64,000 nt of DNA from Alphaproteobacteria bacterium (GCA_964291415.2 OZ219920.1:32001-96000); one strand, 5' to 3'. Positions 37,692 through 48,421 are shown, numbered from the stretch's first letter. A program made the numbers and translations. The notes: generated by a model not told the origin, from the letters alone.

Positions 37692-38660
37692 ATGAGATTC
37701 CTTCCCAAGATCGCATCAGCTGCGGCTGGTGCACTGCTTGTTGGCGTTGCCGTTTCGGCGAGCGCCCAGTCAATTCCCGAGACGGATGAGCCGATCAAGC
37801 TTGCGATGAACGAGTGGACGGGCCAGCACGTCAGCACGACGGTGGCCGGCGAGGCGCTCAAGCGCATGGGCTACAACGTCGAATACGTGACCGCGGGATA
37901 CTATCCGCAGGTTTCGGCCGTTGCGGACGGCGACATTCACGCGACCCTGGAGATCTGGAGTTCCAACATCGGCGAGGGCTGGGACGAGCACTTCGATTCC
38001 GGCGCGGTCGAGATCGTGGCGCTGTCCGGTCTGAAGCCGCAGGAGGCCTGGTTTGTTCCGGGCTACGTCGTCGACATGTGTCCGGGCCTGCCGAGCTGGG
38101 AGGCGCTCAACGACTGCGCCGACATGTTTGCGACGCCCGAGACGATGCCGTCGGGGCGCTTCCTGGACTATCCGGCGGAGTGGGGCGACAAGAATGCGCC
38201 GCGCATTGCCGCGCTGGGGCTTGACTTCGTGAACATCCCGTCGGGCGGCGAGGGTGCGATCATTGCCGAGATCAAGTCGGCCTACGAGCGCCAGGCGCCG
38301 CTGATCACCATGTTCTGGGAACCGCACTGGATGCACGCCCAGTACGACCTGCAGCGTATCTATCTGCCCGAGTACTTCGAGGGGTGCGAGACCGACGCAT
38401 CGCTGGGCATGAACCCCGACGCCACCCATGACTGCGACTGGGCGGGCGCCGAGATCTGGAAGGTTGCCAATCCGGGTCTCAAGGACAGCCATCCCGGCGC
38501 CTGGGGACTGATCGAGGCCTATTCGATCACCAACCTCGAGCAGGCGCAGATGATGTCGGAGATCGACGACAAGGGCCGCGACCTCATCGAGGTCATCAAC
38601 GAGTGGCTCGACAACAACTCGGAGACGCTCCAGGGCTGGATCGATCACGCGACGATGTAA
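37692..38660 (+). CDS. ABC substrate-binding protein, glycine betaine/OpuAC (TmoX-related) family; no cognate permease in window
   Basis: Signal peptide, EPIKLAMNEWTGQ, LEIW, CPGLPSWEAL, FWEPHW; RBS AGGAG. Confidence 0.88.
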   Translation: MRFLPKIASAAAGALLVGVAVSASAQSIPETDEPIKLAMNEWTGQHVSTTVAGEALKRMGYNVEYVTAGYYPQVSAVADGDIHATLEIWSSNIGEGWDEHFDSGAVEIVALSGLKPQEAWFVPGYVVDMCPGLPSWEALNDCADMFATPETMPSGRFLDYPAEWGDKNAPRIAALGLDFVNIPSGGEGAIIAEIKSAYERQAPLITMFWEPHWMHAQYDLQRIYLPEYFEGCETDASLGMNPDATHDCDWAGAEIWKVANPGLKDSHPGAWGLIEAYSITNLEQAQMMSEIDDKGRDLIEVINEWLDNNSETLQGWIDHATM

Positions 38661-38685
38661 GCACCCCTCAAAGGGGAACCAACCG

Positions 38686-38715
38686 AAAGGCCGGACGGCA
38701 ACGTCCGGCCTTTTT
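38686..38715 (+). terminator. Rho-independent terminator, possibly bidirectional
   Basis: aaaggccggacg-GCAA-cgtccggccttt plus T-run, between convergent genes. Confidence 0.88.
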
Positions 38716-38738
38716 CGCATCCCGGGAACGGGTTGCAA

Positions 38739-40754
38739 TCACCCCGCCCGGGTGAGCACCAGATTGTGACATTCGTCGCTGGTGGCGGACCAGCCGTCCG
38801 GAACCGCGATGGTGGCCGTCTCGTCCTCGATCAGAGCCGGTCCGGCGAGCGCCGCACCGGGGGTCATGGCGCCCCGGTGACCGATCATGCCGTCGCGCCA
38901 TCCCCCCTGATCATGGTAGCGCCAGGGCGTGAAGGGGACCGTCTCGTCACCCGGTTCCTCCTTCAGCGCCGGCACGTCCTCGAGCGGCGCCGACACGCCA
39001 AGACGGAAGGCGACGATCTCGATGGGTCTGGAGGCATCTCCGCCATGCATGAAGACCCTGTGATGCTCATCGGCAAAGAGTGTCCTGAGTCCACCGGCCG
39101 TCAGGCCTGCCGGCGGGTCGATGGGAACCGCCACCTCGAACGCCTGGCCGACGAATCTCATGTCGGCAAAGAACGAGATGCGCGGCCGGGACCCGAGGCC
39201 CATCAGGACAAAGCGTTCGGTCGCGCGCTTCTTCATGTCGCGATAGACCTCGGCTATGGCGCCGGGCGCCGCATCGTCGAGGAGCATCTTGCGGGTGACC
39301 GTGGAGAATTGCTGGTAGTCGGAGGCGATGAGACCATAGGCCGACAGCACGCCGGCATGGGGTGGCACGACGACGGTGGTCATGCCGAGGTCCGCGGCAA
39401 CATGCGCCGCATGGAGGGGACCGGCGCCGCCGAAGGCGACAAGAGCGTGGTCCCTCGGATCCTTGCCGCGTTCGGTGGAGACAATCTGCATGGCGCGTAC
39501 GATGGAGGCGTTGGCGACCCGGATGGCGGCATCGGAAATGTCTTCGAGGCCCATGGCGAGGGAGTCTGCCAGGGGCTGGAAGGCCTCGCGCGACGCGTCC
39601 TCGTCGATGGCCATGCGCCCGCCGAGAAAGGACTCGGGTCTCAGCGTGCCGCGAATGACATGGGCATCGGTGACCGTTGGCCGTGTTCCGCCGCGGCCAT
39701 AGCAGGCCGGGCCGGGATCGGCCCCGGCACTCACCGGACCGGCGCGCAGCATGCCTCCGTCGTCGATCCATATGATCGATCCGCCGCCGGCGCCAATCGT
39801 GTTGATGTCGATGATCGGCGTGCGCACCGGAAGGCCGTCAAGAGAGAACTCGGCGGTGAGTTCGGGTTCCCCGGCGGTCACGAGACAGACGTCGGTGGAG
39901 GTCCCTCCCATGTCCAGGGTCACGAGATCCCGGTAGCCGGACCTGCCGGCCTGGCGGATGGCGCCGGTGACGCCTGCGGCCGGCCCCGAAAGCAGGGAGG
40001 TGATCGCGTTGCGTCTCATGCCCTCTGCCGGCAGGCGGCCGCCGTTCGACTGCATGACGGAAAAACGCCCGGCGAATCCGTCCTGCGAGAGGCGCCTCTC
40101 GAAGCGTTCGAGATAGCGGTTGATAACCGGCTGGACATAGGCTGACAGAGTCGTGGTCGATGCCCGCTCGTACTCCCGGAATTCCCGGGTGACGGTTGAC
40201 GAACAGGCAATCTCGATGTCCTGGCAGTTGCGGGCAATGATCGACTGCAGCTCCTCCTCGTGAATCGGATTGGCGTAGCCGTTCAGCAGGCAAATGGCGA
40301 CCGCCTCGTAGCCGCCTTCGCGCAGACGGGGGACGAGGTCGCGTTCGACGACCGCGGTGTCGAGCGGTACCAGCACGCTGCCGTCGGCGAGAATCCTCTC
40401 CGTCACCTCGAATGAGTCCCGCCGACGAACCACAGGCTGCGGCTTGCGGTAGGTGAGGTCGTAGACACGGCTGCGGTTGTGCCGCTGCATGATGAGGATG
40501 TCGCGGAAACCACTGGTCGTGATGAAGGCGATGCGGGCGCCCTTGCGCTCGAGCACCGCATTGGTGGCAATCGTCGAGCCATGCACCAGGTCATCGATCC
40601 CCGATACCGGCACCGTCGATTCGATGATCGCATTGAACGCGCCCTCGTCCGGATTCTCGGGGACGGAGGGCACCTTGGCAATGGTGATGGCGCCGTCGGC
40701 GTCAATCGCCACCAGGTCCGTAAAGGTTCCTCCGACCTCGACTCCCACACGCAT
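38739..40754 (-). CDS. Hydantoinase/oxoprolinase A subunit (ATP-dependent lactamase)
   Basis: GVEVGGTFTD, HGSTIATNA.LER.G, EFREYER, LLSGPAAG, DMGGTSTD, IGAGGGS, SAGADPGPACY. Confidence 0.93.
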   Translation of the reverse strand: MRVGVEVGGTFTDLVAIDADGAITIAKVPSVPENPDEGAFNAIIESTVPVSGIDDLVHGSTIATNAVLERKGARIAFITTSGFRDILIMQRHNRSRVYDLTYRKPQPVVRRRDSFEVTERILADGSVLVPLDTAVVERDLVPRLREGGYEAVAICLLNGYANPIHEEELQSIIARNCQDIEIACSSTVTREFREYERASTTTLSAYVQPVINRYLERFERRLSQDGFAGRFSVMQSNGGRLPAEGMRRNAITSLLSGPAAGVTGAIRQAGRSGYRDLVTLDMGGTSTDVCLVTAGEPELTAEFSLDGLPVRTPIIDINTIGAGGGSIIWIDDGGMLRAGPVSAGADPGPACYGRGGTRPTVTDAHVIRGTLRPESFLGGRMAIDEDASREAFQPLADSLAMGLEDISDAAIRVANASIVRAMQIVSTERGKDPRDHALVAFGGAGPLHAAHVAADLGMTTVVVPPHAGVLSAYGLIASDYQQFSTVTRKMLLDDAAPGAIAEVYRDMKKRATERFVLMGLGSRPRISFFADMRFVGQAFEVAVPIDPPAGLTAGGLRTLFADEHHRVFMHGGDASRPIEIVAFRLGVSAPLEDVPALKEEPGDETVPFTPWRYHDQGGWRDGMIGHRGAMTPGAALAGPALIEDETATIAVPDGWSATSDECHNLVLTRAG

Positions 40755-40864
40755 GGCTCAATCCCTGGTTGCCGGACAGCGCAGTGTAGCCGATGAGTGC
40801 CGGCCGCGTCGCAACGGTTTCAAGGCTGGTGTCGCCGCCTCCTCATGGACCGGGAGGGGACCGA

Positions 40865-42880
40865 TCAGGAACAGGTACGCGGGATGTCCGGCGACCACGT
40901 GCGAACCAGGACCGTTTCGCCGTTTTCGGTGACTTCGAGGCGGCCTCGCGGCCGGAACATGGCGGGCGTGGACCTGAGTTCGGCAATCGACGTGACCGCC
41001 ACGGACCAGGTGCCGCGGTGAAAGGTGAGACGGTGCTCAACCCGGCTGTGGCCACTGTTGTCGTTCCCGGGAATGATGGAGTGCTCACACGTGGTCCTGG
41101 ATCCGAACGCGACTCCGGTGCCGTGGAAGCGCACCTGTGCCGGCGTGTTGGTCCACCCCGATGTGAGGCGGCCCGAGGCTGCGTCACGCCGCGTGTTCCT
41201 GGAGATGGAGGCAGCGGCGAGAACCGTTGCGCTCTCGCCCGACGGTTCCAGGGGCGCCGGAAACCGGACCGACGCATCCGCCTCCCGGTCGCCGGCGCGC
41301 CGAGGCAGGGTAAGGCGCGCCTCGCCGGCGCCGATGGTCACAGGCTCGGATTGCGGCGACGGCCAGATCTGCGGCCACAGCGTGGTGGAAAGCGCGAGGC
41401 GAATGCGGTGTCCGGCTCGGAAACGATAGGCCGTTCCCGGAAACACGATCCGGCAACGGCGACGCCCTTCGGATGTTCCGAGGGGGACGCCCTCGTCATC
41501 GAGCGCCAGATTACGAACGGCACAGGAGACTCGCGCAACGCCGCCGTCGGGAGGGACATCGTTGAGGCGCAGGGCAAGGGTGGCGACGGAAGCGTCACAC
41601 TCGACCTCAAGGTCGAGAACCGCTTCGCCGACGAGGTCGACGGGGGTCTCGAGTCTGTCGCTCTCGAAGACGAGAGACAGGGCATCGTCGGCGCGCTGAT
41701 CAAGGGGGAGGCCACCTGACCGCCCGAAGTATCCGGTATCGCCGCTGGCCAGGCCGACCCTGCCGTCATAAGGCACGGCAGCGGGTCGACGGTCGCCGCC
41801 CGGCGGGTCCGTCAGTCTCCCATCGGCCAGGGCGAACACCAGCGGCGTGATCCGGGAAGAAGGCCAGGAGTCTTCGGCGATCCAGTTGCCCAGGCGCCGC
41901 GTCATCCTGTCGGCGGGGAGCTGGTACTCCATCCGCCAGACGCGCAGGCGCGGCTCGCGGTCAACGCCGTTGTCAACACCCTTCAGCCAGCGGTCCCACC
42001 ACCTCACGGCCTCCTGCTGGAAACCCATCGCCGGTCCCGGTTCTCCGGCAAAGGGATAGTGATGACCCCAGGGTCCGACGATGCCCCAGCAGTCACCGCC
42101 GGTCCCGGCGACGAGCGACATGACGGCATTGCTGTAGCGGTCCGCCCAGCCGCCGACCGCCAGCACCGGACAGGAGATCGTGTGCATCGTCCCGATAACG
42201 GAACTTCGCCGCCAGTAGTCGTCGCGCCACTCGTGGCTGATCCACGTCTCCAGAGGGAAGGCCAGACGTTCCAGGCGCGCCAGCCACATCTCCCGCCATC
42301 CCTCACCCACCGTTTGCGGATCGGGTGGCGAGGCAAGAATGGCGGGCAACTGGGCGCCCCACTCGACGGTATCGGTCAGCAGGCAGCCACCCATGTGGTG
42401 AATGTCGTCGTCGAACCGGTTGTGGGTGGCGCAACAGGCAATGATCGCCTTGAGCGCCGGTGGAGCCCGGCATGCCGCCAGAAGGCTTGCCGTGCCACCC
42501 CAGGACTGTCCGAACATGCCCACATGGCCATCGCACCAGGGTTGAGCCGCGATCCACTCGATCACGCGAATGGCATCGTCGAGTTCGGCATCGGTGAACA
42601 TGTCGGCCATGTGGCCTTCGGAATCGCCCGATCCGCGCATGTCGACGCGGATCGATGCGTAACCCGCTTCGGCAAACACCGCGTGGTTGCACTCGTCGCG
42701 AAGTCGCGTCAGGTCACGCTTTCGATAGGGGATGAATTCGAGGAGTGCGGGGACCGGTGCATCGTCGGCCGACGATGGCAGCCACAGCCGTGCGGCCAGG
42801 CGCACGCCATCGGTCATGCCGATCCACAAATGTTCCGTCTCGCGGACCGCCAGACCCCGTTCTCCGCACTCCGTGAACAA
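40865..42880 (-). CDS. CocE/NonD family hydrolase (peptidase S15)
   Basis: DGVRLAARLWLP, PYRKRD, VDMRGSGDSEG, GQSWGG nucleophile, GGWAD.Y, VGPWGH. Confidence 0.92.
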   Translation of the reverse strand: MFTECGERGLAVRETEHLWIGMTDGVRLAARLWLPSSADDAPVPALLEFIPYRKRDLTRLRDECNHAVFAEAGYASIRVDMRGSGDSEGHMADMFTDAELDDAIRVIEWIAAQPWCDGHVGMFGQSWGGTASLLAACRAPPALKAIIACCATHNRFDDDIHHMGGCLLTDTVEWGAQLPAILASPPDPQTVGEGWREMWLARLERLAFPLETWISHEWRDDYWRRSSVIGTMHTISCPVLAVGGWADRYSNAVMSLVAGTGGDCWGIVGPWGHHYPFAGEPGPAMGFQQEAVRWWDRWLKGVDNGVDREPRLRVWRMEYQLPADRMTRRLGNWIAEDSWPSSRITPLVFALADGRLTDPPGGDRRPAAVPYDGRVGLASGDTGYFGRSGGLPLDQRADDALSLVFESDRLETPVDLVGEAVLDLEVECDASVATLALRLNDVPPDGGVARVSCAVRNLALDDEGVPLGTSEGRRRCRIVFPGTAYRFRAGHRIRLALSTTLWPQIWPSPQSEPVTIGAGEARLTLPRRAGDREADASVRFPAPLEPSGESATVLAAASISRNTRRDAASGRLTSGWTNTPAQVRFHGTGVAFGSRTTCEHSIIPGNDNSGHSRVEHRLTFHRGTWSVAVTSIAELRSTPAMFRPRGRLEVTENGETVLVRTWSPDIPRTCS

Positions 42881-42886
42881 TGCCGC

Positions 42887-44464
42887 TCAGGTCGCGAACC
42901 ACCAGCGCCGCGCCAGCCTGGCGTCATCCATGCGCCGGCTGCCGCTGACTTCGCCTCGGCCCAGGGCGTCCGAGGCGCCGATGAGAGAACTGGCAAAGGC
43001 GACGACGGTGGTGCCGCCCTCCATGTTGAGAATCTCCTGGAGTTCGAAGTACATGTCCCGGCGCAGGGCCTGGTCGGGTTCACTCCTGGCGGCGGTGAGC
43101 AGGGAATCGAAGCGTTCGCTCCTGAAATAGGTGTCGTTCCAGGACGACGTCGAGATGTAGGACGACGTCAGCATCCAGTCGACGGTCGGGCGACCGTTCC
43201 AGTAGACGCAGCACCAGGGCGCCACCAGCCAGACTTCCGACCAGTATCCGTCACCCGGCACCCGGTCGACGGTGACGTCGATTCCCGCAGGCGCCATCGA
43301 TTCGGCCATGAGCACACCCATGTCGACCGAGCCGCCGAAGGCGCCGTCACTGGCCTTCAACTCGAGGGCTATCGAATCCAGGCCGGCCTGCTTCAGGTGC
43401 CATGAGGCCTTGTCCGGATCGTATTCACGCTGCGGCAGGTCCGTGTTGAAGAACTGCTGGTTGCGGCCGATCGGATGGTCGTTGCCGACATAGCCGAACC
43501 CGCCGAACACCTTGTCGACGATTTCCTGGCGTCTGATGCCGTACTTGACCGCAAGGCGGATGTGATTGTCGGTGAAGGGATCGACATCGGTGCGCATGGC
43601 GGTGGTGTAGTGCTGCGTTCCGGGAACCTCCAGCAAACTCACGCCATCGGTGCTCCCCAGGAGGCCGGCGGTGCGTCCATCGGGCTGCGATATGACATCG
43701 GCCGACCCGCTCAGCAGTGCGCTGGCCCGGGACGAGGGATCCTCGATGTTGAGAAGTTCCACCGAATCAAAGAAGCCCTGGTCGTCCCGGTAGAAGTTCG
43801 CGTACTTGCTGCCGGCAAAGCGCACGCCGGGGACGAACTCCTCGAGAACGTATGGCCCGGAACCGACACCCTGTTCCCAGTCAGTCGTTCCTTCCGGTCC
43901 GATCAGCATGCCGAAGGCCGACAGATGAGCGGGCAGATCGAAGTTGACCTCCTTTTGCACCATGACGACGGTGTCGGGGCCGTCGGACTTCACGTCCTCC
44001 AGGGCACCGATGATCTGCTTGCCTTCCGCGTAGGTGTTGTCGTCGCTCACCTGACGATTGAGCGACCAGACGACATCGTCGGCTGTCACCGTCTTGCCGT
44101 TGTGAAACTCCGCTTCGCGCAGGCGGAAGGTCCATGTCCGGCCGTCCGTCGAGGTCTCCCAGCTCTCGGCGAGACTGCCCACCGGGGTCCCGTCGGCCTG
44201 GAGTTCCGTCAGGGTGTCGAAGCAGCACAGGGCCGCCATGGTCACATGATCGGTGCCGATCGCCTTGATCGGATCAAGGGTGTCGATGGACGCGCCGCCA
44301 TCCAGGCCGATGGTCACGTGCCCGCCATGCGAGGGCGCGGCATGGGCCGTTCGTGCCCACAGCGCCGATGCCGCGGCAATGGTCATGCCCGATGCCATGG
44401 CGGCGTTCATGAAACAGCGCCTGTCGAGCCCGCTTGTCACGGGCGGCTTGCGTTGATCACTCAT
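42887..44464 (-). CDS. ABC substrate-binding protein family 5 (peptide-type), Tat-exported
   Basis: Twin-Arg LDRRCFM, LAESWE, FHNGKTVTADDVVWS, GSGPY, GNDHPI. Confidence 0.9.
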   Translation of the reverse strand: MSDQRKPPVTSGLDRRCFMNAAMASGMTIAAASALWARTAHAAPSHGGHVTIGLDGGASIDTLDPIKAIGTDHVTMAALCCFDTLTELQADGTPVGSLAESWETSTDGRTWTFRLREAEFHNGKTVTADDVVWSLNRQVSDDNTYAEGKQIIGALEDVKSDGPDTVVMVQKEVNFDLPAHLSAFGMLIGPEGTTDWEQGVGSGPYVLEEFVPGVRFAGSKYANFYRDDQGFFDSVELLNIEDPSSRASALLSGSADVISQPDGRTAGLLGSTDGVSLLEVPGTQHYTTAMRTDVDPFTDNHIRLAVKYGIRRQEIVDKVFGGFGYVGNDHPIGRNQQFFNTDLPQREYDPDKASWHLKQAGLDSIALELKASDGAFGGSVDMGVLMAESMAPAGIDVTVDRVPGDGYWSEVWLVAPWCCVYWNGRPTVDWMLTSSYISTSSWNDTYFRSERFDSLLTAARSEPDQALRRDMYFELQEILNMEGGTTVVAFASSLIGASDALGRGEVSGSRRMDDARLARRWWFAT

Positions 44465-44581
44465 GTGTCTTCCTGAAGTTGGTGTTTCCAGCCTCACAGT
44501 ATGGAGTGTCCGCACGCGTTCAACCCGATCTGGTCGTCCGGGCGTTCAGCCGTGATCCCTGCGCCACGCCGGGGGCAGGGT

Positions 44582-45442
44582 CTACACGGGCCGGTCGCCT
44601 TCGACGGTGACGCGCCACATCAGGCGCCTGGTGCCAGGGTAGTCGTTGGTCGCATAGTGCTGCGTGCAGCGGTTGTCCCAGATGACCAGGGTGTTCGGCT
44701 GCCAGCGTACCCGGCAGGTGAAGTCGGGACGCACGAGGTGGCGGAACAGGAAATCGAGGATGGCACGGCTCTCGTGCGACGTCATTCCCTCGATGGCGCG
44801 GGTGAAGTACTCGTTGACGAAGAGCGCCTTCCTTCCCGATTCGGGGTGGGTGCGTACCAGGGGATGGCTCACTGTTTCGGGCGCATGGGCGAGGCTGGCG
44901 TCCCTGCCGTGCCCCTGGAAGGCCGTGTGTTCGGCCTTCAGACCGTCGAGCATGCGGCGCATGACGGGCGACAGCGCATCCCAGGCGAGAACCATGTTGG
45001 CAAACAGCGTGTCGCCGCCGAAGGGCGGCACGATGCGGGCGTGGAGAAGGGAGGCGAGGGAAGGGCGCTCGGCCCAGGTGATGTCGCTGTGCCAGCGACC
45101 GGCAAAGCGTGCGGTCTCGTTTTCCTCGGAACGCACCTCCATGACTTCCGGATGGCCCGCCACGCCGGCGACGAAGGGATTGATGTGGAGACCACCAAAC
45201 CGCCGCCCCAGCGCAACCAGACCGCCGGCGTCGAGATCCTGGTCGCGCAGGACGAGAACCATGTGATTGAGAAGCGCGCGGCGCAGGTCGGCGAACTGTT
45301 GTCGATCGATTCCGGAGCCGAGGTCGATGCCGTGGACCTCTGCGCCGAGCGCACCACTGATCGGGGTCACGGTGAGGGACGTGTAGTCGTCCGTCTCCTG
45401 GCCGTCGTGCCGCAGGGGAGGCAGGTAGTCGATGGTTCCCAT
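44582..45442 (-). CDS. TauD/TfdA family Fe(II)/2-oxoglutarate dioxygenase
   Basis: LGAEVHG.DL, WHSD, GGDTLFA, HPLVRTHPESGRKALFVN, WDNRCTQH. Confidence 0.93.
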   Translation of the reverse strand: MGTIDYLPPLRHDGQETDDYTSLTVTPISGALGAEVHGIDLGSGIDRQQFADLRRALLNHMVLVLRDQDLDAGGLVALGRRFGGLHINPFVAGVAGHPEVMEVRSEENETARFAGRWHSDITWAERPSLASLLHARIVPPFGGDTLFANMVLAWDALSPVMRRMLDGLKAEHTAFQGHGRDASLAHAPETVSHPLVRTHPESGRKALFVNEYFTRAIEGMTSHESRAILDFLFRHLVRPDFTCRVRWQPNTLVIWDNRCTQHYATNDYPGTRRLMWRVTVEGDRPV

Positions 45443-45525
45443 GTCACCTTTGCGCCGGCATTGCCTCGTCCATTCCAGAGTCCCCGATCCGGGGCCTTGA
45501 GGTCCTTGGTTCGAAATCCACTTCT

Positions 45526-46617
45526 TCAGGAGAGGAGAACGACCGAACGCCTTGACCAGTTCAGCCACACCTCTCCATCGCGCAGGCCACCCTCGACGAC
45601 GTCACTGTCCAGGTTGGGCACAGACACAATGAGTGGCGCCTCGATTCCATCAACCTTCACGAAGTGATGACTGCGGTCGCCGAGGTAGGCCGTGGAGTTG
45701 ATGACGCCTCTGAGGATGTTGCCGCTGTCAGGTCTGGTCGTGTGAAGCGAGATCTTCTCCGGACGTACGGCCACGGTGCAACGCGCGCCGGACCTGGGGT
45801 GAGGATCCCGCCTGCGAGCCTCGATGATGCCGGCAGCTCCGGCATCGACTTCCAGCGTATCGCTCCTGACCTCGAGTACCCGGGCATCGAAAAAATTCAT
45901 GGTGCCGATGAACTCTGCGACCTCACGGTTGCGCGGCACCTCATAGAGCCTGGCCGGGGAGTCGATCTGCAGGTGGCGTCCATTCGACATGACGGCGACG
46001 CGATCCGACATGGTGAGCGCTTCCTCCTGGTCGTGGGTTACGAACACGAAGGTGATACCGACCGAACGCTGGAGATCCCTGAGTTCCAACTGCATGTTTT
46101 CCCGCAACTTCTTGTCGAGCGCCCCGAGCGGTTCATCGAGGAGGAGAACCTTGGGCTGGCGGATCAGCGCTCGGGCCAGGGCTACACGCTGTCTTTCGCC
46201 GCCTGACAATTCGTGCGAGGCGCGCTCCTGGTATCCGGGAAGCTTGATGAGATCCAGCATCTCCTCGACGCGTTCATTGACGCGGGCTCGGGGCAGTCGC
46301 GCCTCGAGAAGGCCGTAGGCGATGTTCTTCTTCACTGTCAGGTGAGGGAAGATGGCGTAGTTCTGGAACACGATGTTGACGGGTCGATGGTTGGGCGCAA
46401 CCGCTGCCATGGCCTGTCCGTCGATATGGACTTCTCCGGATGTCGGAAACTCGAAGCCTGCAAGGATGCGCAGCAGCGTACTCTTCCCGCACCCCGACGG
46501 ACCGAGCAGGGAAAAGAATTCGCCCCTGCGGATGTCAATGCTGACCTGGTCCACGGCCAGGACGCGACCGAAACTCTTGGAGACATTCTGTATGGATATG
46601 AAGGAGGTATCGTCCAT
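45526..46617 (-). CDS. Polyamine-type ABC transporter ATP-binding protein (PotA/PotG-like)
   Basis: GPSGCGKS, LSGGERQR, LLDEPLGALD, TOBE-like C-terminus. Confidence 0.94.
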   Translation of the reverse strand: MDDTSFISIQNVSKSFGRVLAVDQVSIDIRRGEFFSLLGPSGCGKSTLLRILAGFEFPTSGEVHIDGQAMAAVAPNHRPVNIVFQNYAIFPHLTVKKNIAYGLLEARLPRARVNERVEEMLDLIKLPGYQERASHELSGGERQRVALARALIRQPKVLLLDEPLGALDKKLRENMQLELRDLQRSVGITFVFVTHDQEEALTMSDRVAVMSNGRHLQIDSPARLYEVPRNREVAEFIGTMNFFDARVLEVRSDTLEVDAGAAGIIEARRRDPHPRSGARCTVAVRPEKISLHTTRPDSGNILRGVINSTAYLGDRSHHFVKVDGIEAPLIVSVPNLDSDVVEGGLRDGEVWLNWSRRSVVLLS

Positions 46618-46663
46618 CAGGCAAGGCTCCCGGGGTGCTCGTCATGGTGGCAGGGTCCCGTCA

Positions 46664-48421
46664 TCATCGGTACCCGTCCGCCGGCGTCACGATGTGCCTG
46701 TCTCCCGAACGCCTGAAAATCTCGGCGGTGACGATGAGAATGATGGACACCATGAAGATGAGAGCGCCCAGGGCCAGAACGCTTGGCAGCGTTTGCGGGA
46801 AACGCACCTGCGTCCATATGAAGACGGGTAGGGTGACCTGGTTGCCTCCCAGGAAGAAGGCGAAGAGAAACTCGTCGAAAGACGCGGTGAATGTGAGCAG
46901 GAACGAGGCAACGACGGCCGGCAGGATAAGCGGGAACGTGACACGCCAGAAGGTCATGAACCCGCCTACACCCAGATCTCGTGAAGCTTCCTCGATGTTC
47001 CTGGAGAAGCCCTCGAGGCGTGCCATCACGACCAGGGTGGCAAAGGGGAGCGTGGTCACGACATGGGCGACCCCGACTGCCCACAACGACAGAGGCATGC
47101 CCACGGCAAGGGCAAGAACGAGGAGACCGACTGCCAGGATGATGCCGGGCATCACCATTGGAACGAGGATAAAGCCGATGGCCAACCCCCTGCCGGGCAT
47201 CCGGTAACGGGTCAGCGCCTTGCCGGCAAAGATCGCCAGGATGGTCGTCGTGGTGGCGACGGGCAGGGCCACCTTCAGGCTGTTGAAGAGGGCGCTCTGC
47301 AAGCCGGCATGATCGGCCAGCGCGGCATACCACTTGAGAGTGAAGTCCTTGAGCGGCAGCACCATCTGGATACTGTCATTGAAGGAAAAGACCGGCAGCA
47401 TCACGGAGGGGATGTAGAGAAACGCCAGGTAGAGGATGACGTAGATGAGCAGCCAGTCAATTCCGCGCCTGGTGCGATCGACAGGCCGGGATGCCGTCGT
47501 TGTGATTTCCATGTCCCGCGCCCTGACCGTACCCAGACGGGCGAACCAGATGAAGGTGCAGACGATGGCAGTGATCGAGATCATCATGATGATCGTCAGC
47601 GCCGCTCCCAGGGGCCAGTTGTTGGCGGCACCGAACTGGGCGGCGACAATCTGGCCGATCATGACACCCTTGGGCCCGCCCACCATGATGGGCGTGATGT
47701 AATCTCCGACCGTGGGGATGAACTCGATAACAGCCGCGGCAATCACTCCGGGCATGGAAAGCGGAAGAGTGATACGCAGGAAGCGCTTGACCGGTCCGTC
47801 ACCCAGATCGGCAGCCGCCTCAAGGAGCGACCGGTCGATCTTCTGCAGCGAGACGTAAATGGGCAGGATGGCGAATGCCGCCCACGCATGGGCCAGCGTG
47901 AGCACCACGGCAAAGCGGCTGTAGAGCAGATACTCCAGGGGCTCCTCGATGAAGCCCAGTCCCTCCAGGGTGCCGTTGATCACGCCATTGTTGCCCAGCA
48001 TGATCTTCCAGGCGAGAACGCGCAGCAGGTAGCTTGTGACAAACGGAATGTTGATCAGGATCAGCCAGGTCATCTTGTTCCGGGTCACCCTGAAGGCGAG
48101 AAAGTAGGCCACGGGATAGGCGAGCACGATCGTGATGAGCGTCACGGTGGCGGACATCCTGATCGATCGCAGGAGCAGCTTTCCGTAGATCCACTTGTCG
48201 AAGAACGTTTCGTAGTTCTTGAGCGTGAAGGTCTGGTCGATGTGCACGTAGGTCTGTGACCAGAAACTGTAGGTCACGAGCGTGAAGATCGGCAGCGCCA
48301 GAAGGCAGATCATGGTGACGATCGCCGGCGACAGAAGCGTGTAGCCGCGCAGCCACTCGAAACGCAGGAAACAGGCCCTTGTCCAGGCAATCCAGTCACT
48401 GGCGGGGACGTGTACTGTCAT
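46664..48421 (-). CDS. Fused PotB-PotC-like ABC permease
   Basis: 585 aa with two EAA loops (LLEAAADLG and IEEASRDLG). Confidence 0.9.
   Translation of the reverse strand: MTVHVPASDWIAWTRACFLRFEWLRGYTLLSPAIVTMICLLALPIFTLVTYSFWSQTYVHIDQTFTLKNYETFFDKWIYGKLLLRSIRMSATVTLITIVLAYPVAYFLAFRVTRNKMTWLILINIPFVTSYLLRVLAWKIMLGNNGVINGTLEGLGFIEEPLEYLLYSRFAVVLTLAHAWAAFAILPIYVSLQKIDRSLLEAAADLGDGPVKRFLRITLPLSMPGVIAAAVIEFIPTVGDYITPIMVGGPKGVMIGQIVAAQFGAANNWPLGAALTIIMMISITAIVCTFIWFARLGTVRARDMEITTTASRPVDRTRRGIDWLLIYVILYLAFLYIPSVMLPVFSFNDSIQMVLPLKDFTLKWYAALADHAGLQSALFNSLKVALPVATTTTILAIFAGKALTRYRMPGRGLAIGFILVPMVMPGIILAVGLLVLALAVGMPLSLWAVGVAHVVTTLPFATLVVMARLEGFSRNIEEASRDLGVGGFMTFWRVTFPLILPAVVASFLLTFTASFDEFLFAFFLGGNQVTLPVFIWTQVRFPQTLPSVLALGALIFMVSIILIVTAEIFRRSGDRHIVTPADGYR

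Noticed and set aside
37692-38660. Calling the SBP tmoX
   Set aside because: Same family, but the sequence differs from TmoX as I recall it and no tmoWV is adjacent; the ligand cannot be assigned.
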